Below are positions 52,526-64,000 of a stretch of DNA of 64,000 bases, piece after piece. The stretch is from Camelus dromedarius (Eukaryota). The notes beneath the pieces were generated by a model, which saw only the letters and a list, made by a program, of their open reading frames with translations, searched no databases and was not told the origin of the DNA. The stretch spans positions 68,078,001 through 68,142,000 of the forward strand of contig NC_087436.1 of the NCBI RefSeq assembly GCF_036321535.1, given 5' to 3'. Positions within the stretch are counted from its first letter, which is position 1. The number at the start of each line of letters is the position of its first letter. The position numbers and the translations under genes were made by a program.

Positions 52526-54139
52526 TGCAATTAAGCATTGTATATACAACTTTTAACTACATTCAAATGTTGAGATGCAAGACTGTAGTATAAAATTTGG
52601 AGTAGAAACAGACTAAACAAAACATTAGGTATACCAGTAATCTGGTTCTAGAGCTTAGAAATGAAGTCTCAATAAACTAAAGCTTAATTAATTAAAATTC
52701 TACATTGAGATGTGGGGTCCCCAGTAAAGTGATAACTTGTCTAGATTAATTAATTATGCAGGCATACCCTTCAAACCACCCCCCAATATATACTAACCTT
52801 TTTGTAAAATGGTATGAAGAATCCAGTGAGGTAATAGTGACAGCATTAAGCACAATGGCTGACATAAAGTAGGTGCTCACAAAAGTTTTCATCTACAGTT
52901 TCTGACTGCCTGTTATACAAATGTAATCCAGTTGACTCACACACAGCATTGTTTCTTCTCCTTAATGCCTTAGCTTCCAACACTTCAAGCTACACACTCC
53001 TTTAAGACTTTAAAAGTGAAATATCTGGATACAGTTGAATTGAACTGACAATTTGATCTCCATTTTAGTGTCTAGAAAGGACAATAATCCTGAGTCTGTC
53101 ACCCATCAATTTCTGAGAATCTTATTTTAAAACTGGATCATCCCCAATAGGCGGAGGCCAAGCTACAGTTGGTTTAATCTAACATATGCTGTAGACATGT
53201 AACATTCACAAGGGATATGTCAAAAGACCTTTGCAAATTCCCACATGCATAAATGTTACCACAGCATATAATTTTTCATAAATCTGTTGAACATAATGAT
53301 GCATTTAAATAACCCCTTCAGACCTCTAATGAGGGCTTCTGCATACCTGATGACAAGCTGAAAACAATAGAGCCCTGCAGATATTGAAACCGAGTGGCTG
53401 ATGAGGCTCACTCACAGCCTCATGTTGTTTTTTTCCCCTCAGACTGGCCTCAAGGACATACAGTTTAATCATGAACCTCACAGCCTTACAAGTACTGCAA
53501 GTCACGAACTTTCCAGGTTCCCTATAACTCATCAAAACCACAAATGTTAAATCTATGAACCGGTTCACTCAACCATAAGAGGAATTTGAGGGAATATTGA
53601 GAAGTGAAAAATACTTGTTAGAATAGGAAACGAAATAAAGCACGCAAACCCCCAGCAGTGGCAAAAATGAGAGATTGCATATACTCCACTCAGCCTTTAC
53701 ATGAGGTGAGACGTGCAGAAACAGAGTACAAACAGGAACCAATAACCTGAGTAACAAGCTCTGCCATAAGAAATGAATATCTCCATGCCCCCATTACGCA
53801 GTGAACATCCATTAGCATATAACCTTCCCCTTACAAGTACACATGGGAATCCTGCCAATAGGACACTACATGCTGATGATTAGATCAGCAGTACAGAGAG
53901 AAGAGCACAAAAAAGAGATTTTCTAAACAATTTAATTACAACTGCCACATTTACTGGAAGACAGAGTTTGAAATCTCTTATCATCAGCTATTTGTAAGAT
54001 GAAATTTCAGGCCAGTAGGAGAAAAACAATATCAGATGCTCTTTATTACCAATCCTTTGCCCTGTTACAAATGCCCTTCCACTTTAATGTTGGGTTGCTC
54101 CCATAAACACTAAATTCTATTAAGTGGCAGTGATGATGA

Positions 54140-54590
54140 TGTTGACAGTGGTGGTGACGGTTGGCATTTTTGAATGCCTTCTACCTACCACGCTCTGTTT
54201 TATGTGCTAACCATGAATTATGACATTTAATAATGCAACAATTCTATAAGGTAAATTATACTGTTTTCCCTCTAAGAAAGAAAAAATACGCACAGAACTA
54301 GTAAGCATTAAATAAAGACAGAACTCAAAATGAGATGGTTTGGCTCCAGAAATTGAGCTCTTTACTACAGTATTTTACAGACTGCAGTGCTGAAGTGATT
54401 AATGGTATCAACCGGAATTCAAATCTTACCTCTTTGGCTTACTTGCTATGCGACTTTGGACAACTTACATAAAAACTCCAAACATTAATTTTTCATCTGT
54501 AAAATGACTATGAATAAACAAATCCAATGTCTATCAGGCTCCTGTAAGGCTTAAATGAGATTAAACATATCAGTCATACAACACAATTTG
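54140..54590. mobile_element. Two MIR fragments in opposite orientation
   Basis: 'ttttgaatgccttctac...tttggctccaga' and 'aattcaaatcttacctct...gactttggacaactta...tcatctgtaaaatg'. Confidence 0.65.
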
Positions 54591-55159
54591 TAGAACAAAG
54601 ACTTCTTTGCCCTTATTAAGAGCTCTATTAGCTCTTACTCTGGTAAAAGGAGCTTTGATTTGTCATATGCCACTCTAATTCCTAAGCAATGATTCATTGA
54701 TTTTAATATTTATCTTCATTCAAATACATCACAAACTGTATACTCCTATGATAATATAAAATGGTTCTTATTAAAAAGTATAACTTCATGCATCTAAACA
54801 TGAAAATTTAGAAATATAGAAGGTGATGTTATATTTAAGACAATGGCTATTGAAGGTAAATATCCTTTCACTACCTTTCAATGCCTCAACCTAACACATT
54901 TTTTACATTTCATTTTTCTCATTCCATTTAAAAGGCTGAAAATCTAGGTGAGTTCACCTCACATAATGACAGAGAATTTGAAGAAAAATTGTTAAATAAC
55001 TTTAAGGATTATCTTCAAGAAAACTCTGAAAAATAATAGCTTGAAATTGTGAAATTATTGTATCAACCAGCTACTGATATAAAACAAACAAGCCCACAAT
55101 CTCAGTGACATGCCACAGCATGCATTGATCCTCACTGCTCCACAGTTCTGTCAGCCTTT

Positions 55160-56708
55160 GTATTTTGATGATGGTTTTCTATGTTGTGCAAACAAACTTT
55201 TACACAAGGCTTTCAAGTTTAATTAGGTCCCATTTGTTTATTTTTGCCCCTATTTCTCTTTCTTTAGGAGACAGATTCCAAAAAATATATTGCTATGAGT
55301 TATGTCAAAGAGTGTTCTGCTTGTGTTCTCTTCTTGAAGTTTTACAGTTTCAGGTCCTACATTTAGGTCTTTAATCCATTCTGAATTTATTTTTGCTTAT
55401 GGTGTGAGGAAGTGTTTCAGTCTCATTCTTTTACATGTAGGTATCTAAATTTTCCCAGCACCACTTATCAAAGAGATTATCATTTCTCCACGGTGTATTC
55501 TTGCCTCCTTTGTCATAGATTAATTGACAGTAGGTGAGGGGGTTTATCTCTGGGCTGTCTAGTCTGTTCCATTGATGTATGTGTCTGTTTTGTGCCAGTA
55601 CCATGCTGTTTTGATTACTGAAACTCTGTAGTATAGTCTGATGTCCAGGAGCATGATATCTCCAGCTTTGTTCTTTTTTCTCATGGTTGTTTTGACAATT
55701 TGGGGTGTTTTGTTGTTTCATATGCATTTTAGGAATATTTGTTCTAGTTCTGTGAAAAATGTCATGGGTATTTTGACAGGGGTTATATTAAATTTGTAGA
55801 TTACTTTGGGTAGTATGGGCAGTTTAACGATATTAATTCTTTGAATCCAAGAACATAAAATATCTTTCTATTTCTTTGTATCACTTTCAAACTCCAGCAT
55901 CAAGGAATATTTTTCACTTCCTTGGTTAAGTTTATTCCTAGGTGTTTTATTCTTTCAGAAGTAGTTATAAACAGGACTGTTTCCTTAATTTCTCTTTCTT
56001 ATAGTTCATTATCACTGTATAGAAAAGCAACAGATTTCTATATATTCATCTCGTATTCTGCAACTTGACTGAATTAATTTATTGGCTCTAATAGTTTTTT
56101 GGTAGTGACTTCAGGGTTTTATACACATAATATCATGTTATCTGCAAATAGTGACAGCTTTACTTTTTCCCTTCAATTTAGATGCCTTTTATTTCTTTTT
56201 CTTGTCTGGTTGCTATGGCTAGGACTGCCAATACTATGTTAAACAGAAAAAGTGACAGTGGGCAACTTGTTCCAGATTTTAGAGGAAAATCTTTCAGCTT
56301 TTCATCACTGAGTATAATGTTAGCTGCAGATTTTCATAAACGGCCTTTATTATGTTAAGATGTATTCTCTCTACACCAATTTTGATGAGCAATTTTATTC
56401 CGAATGGATGTTGAATTTTGTCAAATGCTTCTCCTGCATCTATTGAAATGATGATATGATTTTTATCTTTTCTTCTGTTAATGTGGTGTATCACATTGAT
56501 TAATTTGCAAATATTGAACCATCTTTGCATCTCTGTAATAAGTCTCACTTGATAATGGCTTATGATCCTTTTTTATATATTGTCAAATTTGATTTACTAA
56601 TATTTTATTGAGGATTTCTACATCTATATTCTTCAGAGTTACTGGCTTGTAATTTTGTTTTTGTTCAGTATCTTTGTCCAGTTTTGCTATCAGGGTAACG
56701 TTGGCCTT
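55160..56708 (-). mobile_element. Internal L1 ORF2 fragment (RT domain to post-RT), multiply frameshifted
   Basis: ORF track: [40 protein letters not shown] (RT) and [37 protein letters not shown]. Confidence 0.95.
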
Positions 56709-56785
56709 GCTTGCATATGTGTTTTAAAGAAGGGAAAACTATTACTGAAGAATTCTTGTAGCTTTTCAATTTGTGATGGCCCCAA

Positions 56786-57172
56786 ATGTTTATGGTAAAT
56801 AATGTTCCCCAATGATATCTGTGTTTTAATCTCCGAAACTATGTGAATATATTACTTTCCATCACAGAAAGGACTTTGCAGATGTGGTTAAGGAACCTGA
56901 AATAGGAAGTTTATCCTGGATTCTTTGGGTGGGTCCAGGTGCTAAACTACAGGCTTTGAAGACAGAGGAAGAGTCCAGCTCTAAGGATTGTAGGAGGGCC
57001 TCTAGAAGCCGGAAAAGGCAAGAAAACAGATTCTCTCTGCCTTCAGAAGAAACACAGCCCTACCCACACTTGATTTTATGACTTCTGAGTGCAGAACTGT
57101 AAGAAAATTAATTTGTATGTTTTCATCACTAAGTTGGAGGCAACTGTTATAGCAGCAACAGGAAATTAATAT
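56786..57172 (+). mobile_element. MaLR LTR (MLT1D-like)
   Basis: 'aaaggactttgcagatgtggttaagg...ggcctctagaagccggaaaaggcaagaaaacagattctc...cagaactgtaaga...gttatagcagcaacaggaaattaatata'. Confidence 0.88.
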
Positions 57173-57297
57173 AAAGTCTATATGGTCTTAAATATTCACC
57201 AAACTAGTTCAGATACAGAGATTTTATCACAGTGTCTCATGATATAATATACTGAAGTATGATCTCTGGGAAATGTTGCTTTACCATGACCCATACG

Positions 57298-57515
57298 CAG
57301 CAGAGCTGGTGGTTAAGAGCCTAGACTCTGCAGCCAGCCTAACTGGGTCTAAATCCTGGTTATTCTACGTCCTGATGCACTTAACCTCTAGGGATGCTTC
57401 AGATTCCTTGTTTGTAAAATGAGGATGATGATAGCACCTACTTCAAAGAGCTGTTATGGAAACAGAAAGAGCTAGTATGTATTAAGAGCTTAGAACAGTG
57501 CGAACCATAAGGTAA
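57298..57515 (+). mobile_element. MIR
   Basis: 'gtggttaagagcctagactctgcagccagcc...tgtaaaatgaggatgatgatagcacctacttca...gagcttagaacagtgc'. Confidence 0.85.
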
Positions 57516-58639
57516 AAGACCATTCATTTGCTTACAAAAATTCTGACACCAGAAGAAGTTACTGAGGGATTAGGTGAAAAATAAGTATACAAATTACAGA
57601 CTATGTTTTTGAGAGAATAATGGACACATATGGTAATAGGGCTTTAGGGATAATTAAACAGTTCCATACTAATTAGACATAACAAAAAAAGAATGATTTG
57701 TAAGATCTTAATCTGAAAAATATTATTACTGACTCCATCAGTTCATATTCTCCACAGACCCACAAAAGCAAACTCTCATTTTAAGAAACAGTTCTATCTA
57801 TGCATAGTTCCATTATCAGTTAAATCTAAACCTCATATAACTTCCCTCTTATCACTTCAATTAATTAGAAATTGCTTTCTGACAATTAATATTATCACTT
57901 CATCTGTTCTGTGTTCCCATAATAGATCATTTTAATATAATGCCACCTTATTCACTCAAATTCAGTAAATATTTAAATTTTTAATGGATGTAAGACATAT
58001 TAGTACACATTTGAGACAAAAAAATGAATACACTTGGCCCTTGGTCTCTTTTAGATTTTAAACTAGATAGCAAAGACTTTAGTGAAAGAAAAATTACCAA
58101 ACATTTGTCTTAAATTTGGAAATCATTCTGAAAACTCAAAATGCTATAATATACATCAAATACTAGAATATTCAGATCTAGAAAAATCTATTCTAAAATA
58201 ATGATATTACTGATTTTAACACACAGGGTTTCCACTACCTCTTTCTTAATTTTTTATGCCATAAATACTTACTGACAGAAAGGACAAAGCAACAAGAACA
58301 GCTATTGGAACACAGTAATTCTTCTCCTTTTCTTATGCTTCCCTATTGTCTTCCTCTTCCTTTTCTTTTCACTTTTTTCCTTTTTATCTCTAAGTTATTA
58401 TAATTATTGGTTATATTTGCCATCACTGTTATCATCATCAACATCATAAGTAAAATGCTCATTATCAATCATCGTAAATCACCTAATACCACCCCTATAA
58501 TAGCAGGGAATTGCTAACAACAGCTAGCATATGGATGGAAGATGAGCAGAAAAAGCTGCAGTAACATTGGCCAGAGCAATTCAGAAGACTTTTTGGGAAG
58601 GACATCCATGACTCTTTTCAGTCGCCTCACATTTTTCCC

Positions 58640-59640
58640 AATTTTTTTATGCTGCAAATGTGTATAGCATAAAATTTACTATTGTCAGAGAGGGAGAAAT
58701 TTTCCCATACCCTTCTAGGTTCTTCTAGTTGGTCTAAGAAAAAAATTGACATCAGAAAGATTAACAGGAGAAAAATCAAACAAAAGTTTAATAGTATGTA
58801 TACATGAGAGAGCCCCCCAAAAACTGAGTAACTCACTAAAATGGCTGAAATTCTCACCCTAAATACCATCTTCAGCATCTAAAAGAGAATGTTGTGGGTA
58901 GTGGTTTGGGACCTCAAAGGGGAGGAAGGCAATTGATATGGAGGTGAAAAAGCAAATGCCTGATAAAGAGATGTTTGCTGAGCCTCCAGAGACAATGGGA
59001 CACTGAGAGGAATTTTAACAAACAGCCTTTGCTAGGTTTCTCCGTGTCTACACACATAGCTCACACTATAGTTATTTGTGGTGATAGCTCCCTTCCAGAA
59101 ACAGGTTTTCTGTTTACATTCTTTAGGCAGTTAGAGGGAAGTTCAAAGTTTCTTCCTAAGTTTTTTGGGCCTTGATTGTTTTCAGCTCAAAATAATCCAC
59201 ATGCCAAAGAGACATTTTGGGGTGGCAAGTTTTGCTCCCCTACACTATCTTAATCATTTTTAGGTGTCTAGTTCAGTGGTGTTAAATACATTCATGCTGT
59301 TGTGTAACCATCACCAACATCTATCTCCAGATCTCCGTCATCCTGCAAAATCAAAATTTTGTTCCCATTAAATAATCACTCCCCATGACCTCCCACCCCA
59401 ACCCCTGGGAATCGTCATTCTGCTTTATGTATTTTTTTAATCTCCCCTTTTCCACAAGCCTCAGCTTCTAGTAACCAACCTTTTACTTTCTGTTATTATA
59501 AGTTAGGTGGTTTCTTTTCTTCCTTCTTAGATTTCATACATAAGTGAGATCATGCAATATTTGTCTTTCGGTGTCTAGGCTTTCACTTAGTATCATGTTG
59601 TCAAAGTTCATCCATGTTGTCTCAAATATGTGACTATTCA
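58640..59640 (-). mobile_element. L1MA/MB-like 3' end (antisense), split by the LTR at 58683-59244
   Basis: Removing the LTR restores 'cataaaatttactatcttaatcatttttaggtgtctagttcagtggtgttaaatacattcatgctgttgtgtaaccatcacc'. Later 'atttcatacataagtgagatcatgcaatatttgtc'. Confidence 0.85.
58683..59244 (-). mobile_element. Solo ERV1 LTR (MER34-like), 562 bp, with perfect 4-bp TSD
   Basis: TG...CA ends; CTAT at 58679-58682 and 59245-59248. The minus strand starts 'tgtaggggagcaaaacttgccaccccaaaatgtctctttggcatgtggattattttgagctgaa'. Confidence 0.9.
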
Positions 59641-60928
59641 TGTGTGTGTACATCTTAAATATACAGTATAAATATGTATCTTAAGCATACATATACACAA
59701 GACACACATACATAGCTCTACAACTAAACTTAATAGTTAAGTTCCAACAAAAAGTATGACCTTAGCTAATCATATCTATTGAACAGTAGAATATGAATAC
59801 TTTAGTATTTCTATTGGAATTGAGATATCTATATCTTAACCTAGAAATGAACTCTACTTATTTGATTTTAGAATTGCTAGATACAAGAGAAAAGAGAAAA
59901 ATCAGTACTTTCTTACTAAGTGGCAAAAAAAAAACCCTACAAAAACCCACAACAATCCTGCTATGAGTAAGAGTTGGATCTGACAGTAAAGATCAGATCC
60001 CTCTTAAATTCTATGCCAAAAATAAAAGGTAAGATAATTGCCAGAAGACTAAGCTCGTATCAACATGAGCTACAGAAACAATAGTTATGAGGGCAACTGT
60101 AGAATTGGCACACCCTAAGTTTTTCTACTTTTTCATTTTGAAAAAGTTATATCTACTTACACAGTATGCTCAGCCATATGGAATATATATGTGGTCCAGT
60201 GCTAGGTCTACAATGGCCACTTACTATCAACCAGCAATATTTATACATTTATTATATATTCACTTCTCAGCTGCTATATGACACTTTAATACACACAGGG
60301 AATGTAAACATGGACACAATGTGCCCCTATACTGAAGAAGTCCACATGCCAGCAAATAAGATAAAACAACTACAAAAAGTATTATGGCAGAAATTATAGA
60401 AACCCAAGGAAGAAGTAAACAAAGACGAAGAAAGGTACAAGGAGTCAGAGAAATGCCATGCTGGACAGGTCTTTAAGGATACAGACAATTTTATCAGATT
60501 ACTAGAAATGTCCCTCATTTTTCCCCTACCTAATATATATGGAGGAGGAGGCCTTCCTGTCCATAGGAGATTAGAAGAGAAAGAATATGTAATCCAAGCC
60601 AGGCCAATTCTCTTCTCTCTGCTGTCTCTCAAAGGTTTAAACTGAGAGATATAGAGGAAGCTTGGCAGCTGGAGAAAACTAATGGTGAAGGATCAGCATG
60701 AATTTCCAAGAAGCTCTGCCCCTGAAATCCCCTTAATGTTTACCTTTTTGAAGACTTTCGTGTCAACTATGTCAGATAGTTCCTGAATTCCATGAAATCA
60801 GAACCCAGAAAATGAAACTTCTTTTACTAGAGATTTTGGATCCTTTAATCAAATAAGGTGGGGAAAGGTAATTCAAGCAGAATGATATATGATAAAATAT
60901 AACATGATAAAACAGACTATATTTGTAT

Positions 60929-61264
60929 TGTTAAATTAATTAAACAAGGAGGTCATTTGACTGAAGTGGTTCCAGTGCTGTGGTGGCTTATGTAAGCAAA
61001 CCAAAATCTAAGCCTGTAAATGCCTCAAAGTAACAAAATTGAAAATGAAGGATAACCAATCACAAACTGCCAACTACACTTCAAGTTATAGCTAATCAAT
61101 AATTTCTTTACTTTGCTTCTGCCTTTTCTTTGTAAAATTCTCTCCCCAAGCTCCTGTTGGCGGAATACTCTCAACTACTTTCGGATTGGTGCCATCCAAT
61201 TTGAACTGATTTTTGCTCAAATAACTCTTAAAATGTTTACTATTCCTCAGTTTATCTTTTAACA
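60929..61264 (+). mobile_element. Solo ERV1 LTR (MER57-like)
   Basis: TGTTAAA...TTTAACA inverted termini; CCAAT-like boxes ('aaccaatca', 'ctaatcaat'); 'tttgctcaaataactcttaaa'. No clear TSD. Confidence 0.75.
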
Positions 61265-61271
61265 CAAAAAC

Positions 61272-61330
61272 TTTATATATAATATATATACATATATGTA
61301 TACATATACATATGTCATAGATATGTATAA
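61272..61330. repeat. (TA)n-rich degenerate microsatellite
   Basis: Alternating TA/CA/TG tract. Confidence 0.85.
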
Positions 61331-62527
61331 GATTGCCAACATCATGGGATAAATGCAAAACATTTCTGTATTGTAAAGGAAATTCTGTACTTTTATTTTT
61401 CTCTCTTTCTTCCTCTCTCTTTCTTTCTGTGTTTTTTTTTTCACTTTATTCCCTTGGAAATGGATGTTGTTGAGTTATTCAGCATATTGTCTAAGCACCA
61501 ATAGCATAAAATTTGGTATTCTGAGTTTCTCCTTTAAAGTCTAATTTCTGAATTTTCCTTTTGTAATTATGTTCATTTTTCACAATACAAACACATAATA
61601 AAAATATCATCAATGTTTCCGAAACATTTTTTAAATGTTGATGGTGTAATGTAATGTAAATTAATTAAAAATAATTATTTATCAAGAGTGGTCATATTAA
61701 ACAAAAAGAGACGCAGAAGATAACAAGATTTAGCCCTGAGTATAGCTATAAAGGAAAAGATTGGACAGGAGATAGAAACAATGTCATTTTTGTGATTTCT
61801 AAAAATTCATCTCTTTATTTCCATGATAACAAAATTAAGGATCAATGAATCTGTTCATTCAAAAACATATTGAACGTTAACAACTGTGAAAATTATAAAG
61901 AAGTATTCAATAATAGATTCTAATGTGGCAGCCTTTAAAAACTTCCTATCAAGTGGAGGAAATATCAGGCATGCTTAAATCTCTTGTTAGCTAATTTTAA
62001 TGCAAGTTTAAAAATTCTAAGGGTCAAACTGGCATAAAGACAGATACGTAGACCAACAGAACAGAAAAGGGTGTCCAGAAAAAAACCCCACACATAAATA
62101 ATTAAATGATCTTCTATAAGTTCGCCAAGACTACAGAACAGGGAAAGGACAGTCTCTTCAACAAATACTGCTTGGAAAATTGGATAGCCACACGTAAAAG
62201 AATAAAATTGGACCTTCATCATGTACAATATGCAAAAAATCCAATCAAAATGTATTAAAGATATAAATATAAAAGCTGAAACTATAAAACTCCTAAAAGA
62301 AAACAGGTGGAAAACTTCATAACATTGGCCTTGGTAATGACTTCTTAGATATAACACCAAAAGCACAAACAAAAGCAAAACAAATAAAAGAAAGAAACTG
62401 TATCAAACTAAAAAACTTCTGCACAGCAAAGGAAGCAAACAACAGTATGATAGAAAATATCTGCAAACAGTAATCTTGAAAGGAGTTAACATTCAAAACA
62501 TATAAGGAACTCATACAATCCAATAGC

Positions 62528-62529
62528 AA

Positions 62530-62572
<43 letters not shown>

Positions 62573-62575
62573 ATA
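62528..62575. repeat. (AAAT)n microsatellite
   Basis: About 12 perfect units inside L1. Confidence 0.97.
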
Positions 62576-63059
62576 GGTAAAAGATTTGATGAGACATTTT
62601 TCCAAAGAAGACATACAAGTAGGCAACAAGTGTATGAAAAGATGCTTAACATCACTAATAATCATGAAAACAAAAACCAAAACTACAATGACATATCAAC
62701 TCACACCTGTTAGGATAGGATAAACATTATCAAAAGTAAAAACCCCCAAAACAGAACAAAAACAAACAAACAAAAAAACCCAGAAAATACCAAGTGTTGG
62801 TGAGGATGTGCACTAGCAGAGGAAATGTAAAATGGCACAGCAGCTATGAAAAACAGTATGGAGTTTCCTCAAAAAACTTAAAAATAAAACTACCATGTTA
62901 TTCAGCAATTCCACTTCTGGGAGTCTATCCAAAAGAACTGAAATCAGAGTTTCAAAGAGTTATTTGCACTCCCATGTTCACTGCAACATTATTTACAATA
63001 GCTGAGAAGTGCAAACAACCTAATTGTCCATCAACAAATGAATGGATAAATAAAATATG

Positions 63060-63062
<3 letters not shown>

Positions 63063-63101
<39 letters not shown>
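63063..63101. repeat. (AC)n microsatellite
   Basis: About 19 perfect units inside L1. Confidence 0.97.
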
Positions 63102-63104
<3 letters not shown>

Positions 63105-64000
63105 GAATTTTATTCAGCCTTAAAAGAGAAGGAAATCCTGTCATATGCAACAACATAAAAGAGCCTAGAGGACATTATGCTGAGTGAAATAAGCCAGTTA
63201 CAGATGGACAAATACTGCAAGATTCCACTTATATGAGGTCTCTATAGATCTCGTGGAAGCAGTAAGTAGAATGATGGTTGCTAGGGGCTGCGGGGAGAGG
63301 AAAATGGGAAGTTGCTGTTCAAAGGCTACAGAGTTGAAGTCACTGAAGACAAAAAAGTTCTCAAAATCTGCTGTGCAACAACATGTATATAATAAACAAT
63401 TACTGAACACTTAAAGTTTTGTTAAGATGGTAGATTCCATGTTACATGTTTTTTTACCACAGTATTAAAAAAAAAAAAACACTAAATAAGAGGGTCAAAT
63501 GAAATGGAAAATAGATGATTCCAAATTCAGAAGAGGAAAAGATGATTATGAGACAAGGTTATCAGAAAAAGCTTCAAGGAAGAGGTTGAATATATCACAG
63601 GCCTTAGACTACAGGTAGGATTTCGGCATTTGGAGATCATTTACAAGACTGGTCCAGACCAAAGGAAGATTACAAGCAATAATATGGAGGAGGAGGGCTT
63701 AGAGCACTCAGGGATCAGTGAGTAGTTTATCTGGGCCTTAGCAGTGTATGTGAGAAACAGAAAAGGAGGAAAAATGAAAAGTAGGATTAGAATAAACAGG
63801 TTCTGATCATGGTGTATCTTGGAAAGCAGGCTGAGGAATGCAGATTTCACATTTCTATAGAATATGAAGAACTGAACATTCTGGTCCTTTACTGAATATG
63901 AAATAACAGGAAAAAAATTTTAAACGCTTAGGATATTATACTTGTAGTTCATAGAAACATTGGCAATAGTGGGCCTTGACAAGGCAAAACTTAAATATAT

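Larger units (their letters stand above)
62026..63480 (+). mobile_element. 5'-truncated L1 (L1MA-like): ORF2 3' part, 3'UTR and poly(A)
   Basis: ORF 62794-63060 ...LKIKLPCYSAIPLLGVYPKELKS...ICTPMFTATLFTIAEKCKQPNCPSTNEWINKI (L1 ORF2 C-terminus); A-tail at ~63467-63479. Confidence 0.93.

Noticed and set aside
53348..53358. 11-nt minus-strand micro-exon (ttttcag|CTTGTCATCAG|gtatgc)
   Set aside because: Frame-shifting length and a short pyrimidine tract; no supporting context.
51176..60000. Small hairpins at ~51176-51192, ~54845-54885 and ~59976-60000
   Set aside because: Short or imperfect stems expected by chance in 64 kb; too short for pre-miRNA.
61965..62680. Minus-strand ORFs of 137, 112 and 64 aa
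   Set aside because: Antisense readings of L1 ORF2 and the (AAAT)n repeat.
1..64000. CRISPR arrays, operons, tRNA/rRNA genes, CpG-island promoter, processed pseudogene
   Set aside because: No repeat-spacer periodicity, structured-RNA signature, CpG island or recognisable mRNA-derived ORF seen; the sequence is mammalian non-coding DNA.

Overview
AT-rich, CpG-depleted mammalian genomic DNA with no recognisable intact protein-coding gene, RNA gene, CpG island or promoter. It reads as intergenic DNA or the interior of a long intron. Much of it is decayed interspersed repeats: L1, HAL1, L2, MIR, MaLR (MLT1-type) LTRs and internal sequence, ERV1-type solo LTRs and DNA-transposon remnants, plus microsatellites. 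The only ORF-track peptides I recognise are broken L1 ORF2 fragments. The L1 3' ends and ERV1 LTRs resemble cetartiodactyl elements, and I saw no Alu, Bov-tA, PRE-1 or CHR SINEs, so a camelid source is my best inference. I found no convincing novel biological system. The leads most worth checking are several exon-like segments (mostly minus strand), an inverted repeat enclosing an RFX X-box-like motif, a three-level HAL1/L1MD/L1 nest, two tail-less L1 ORF2 pieces that abut in L1 coordinates, and a possible hAT transposase N-terminal remnant. Repeat family names come from recalled consensus sequences, not a database search. Repeat boundaries are approximate unless TSDs or TG..CA ends are stated.
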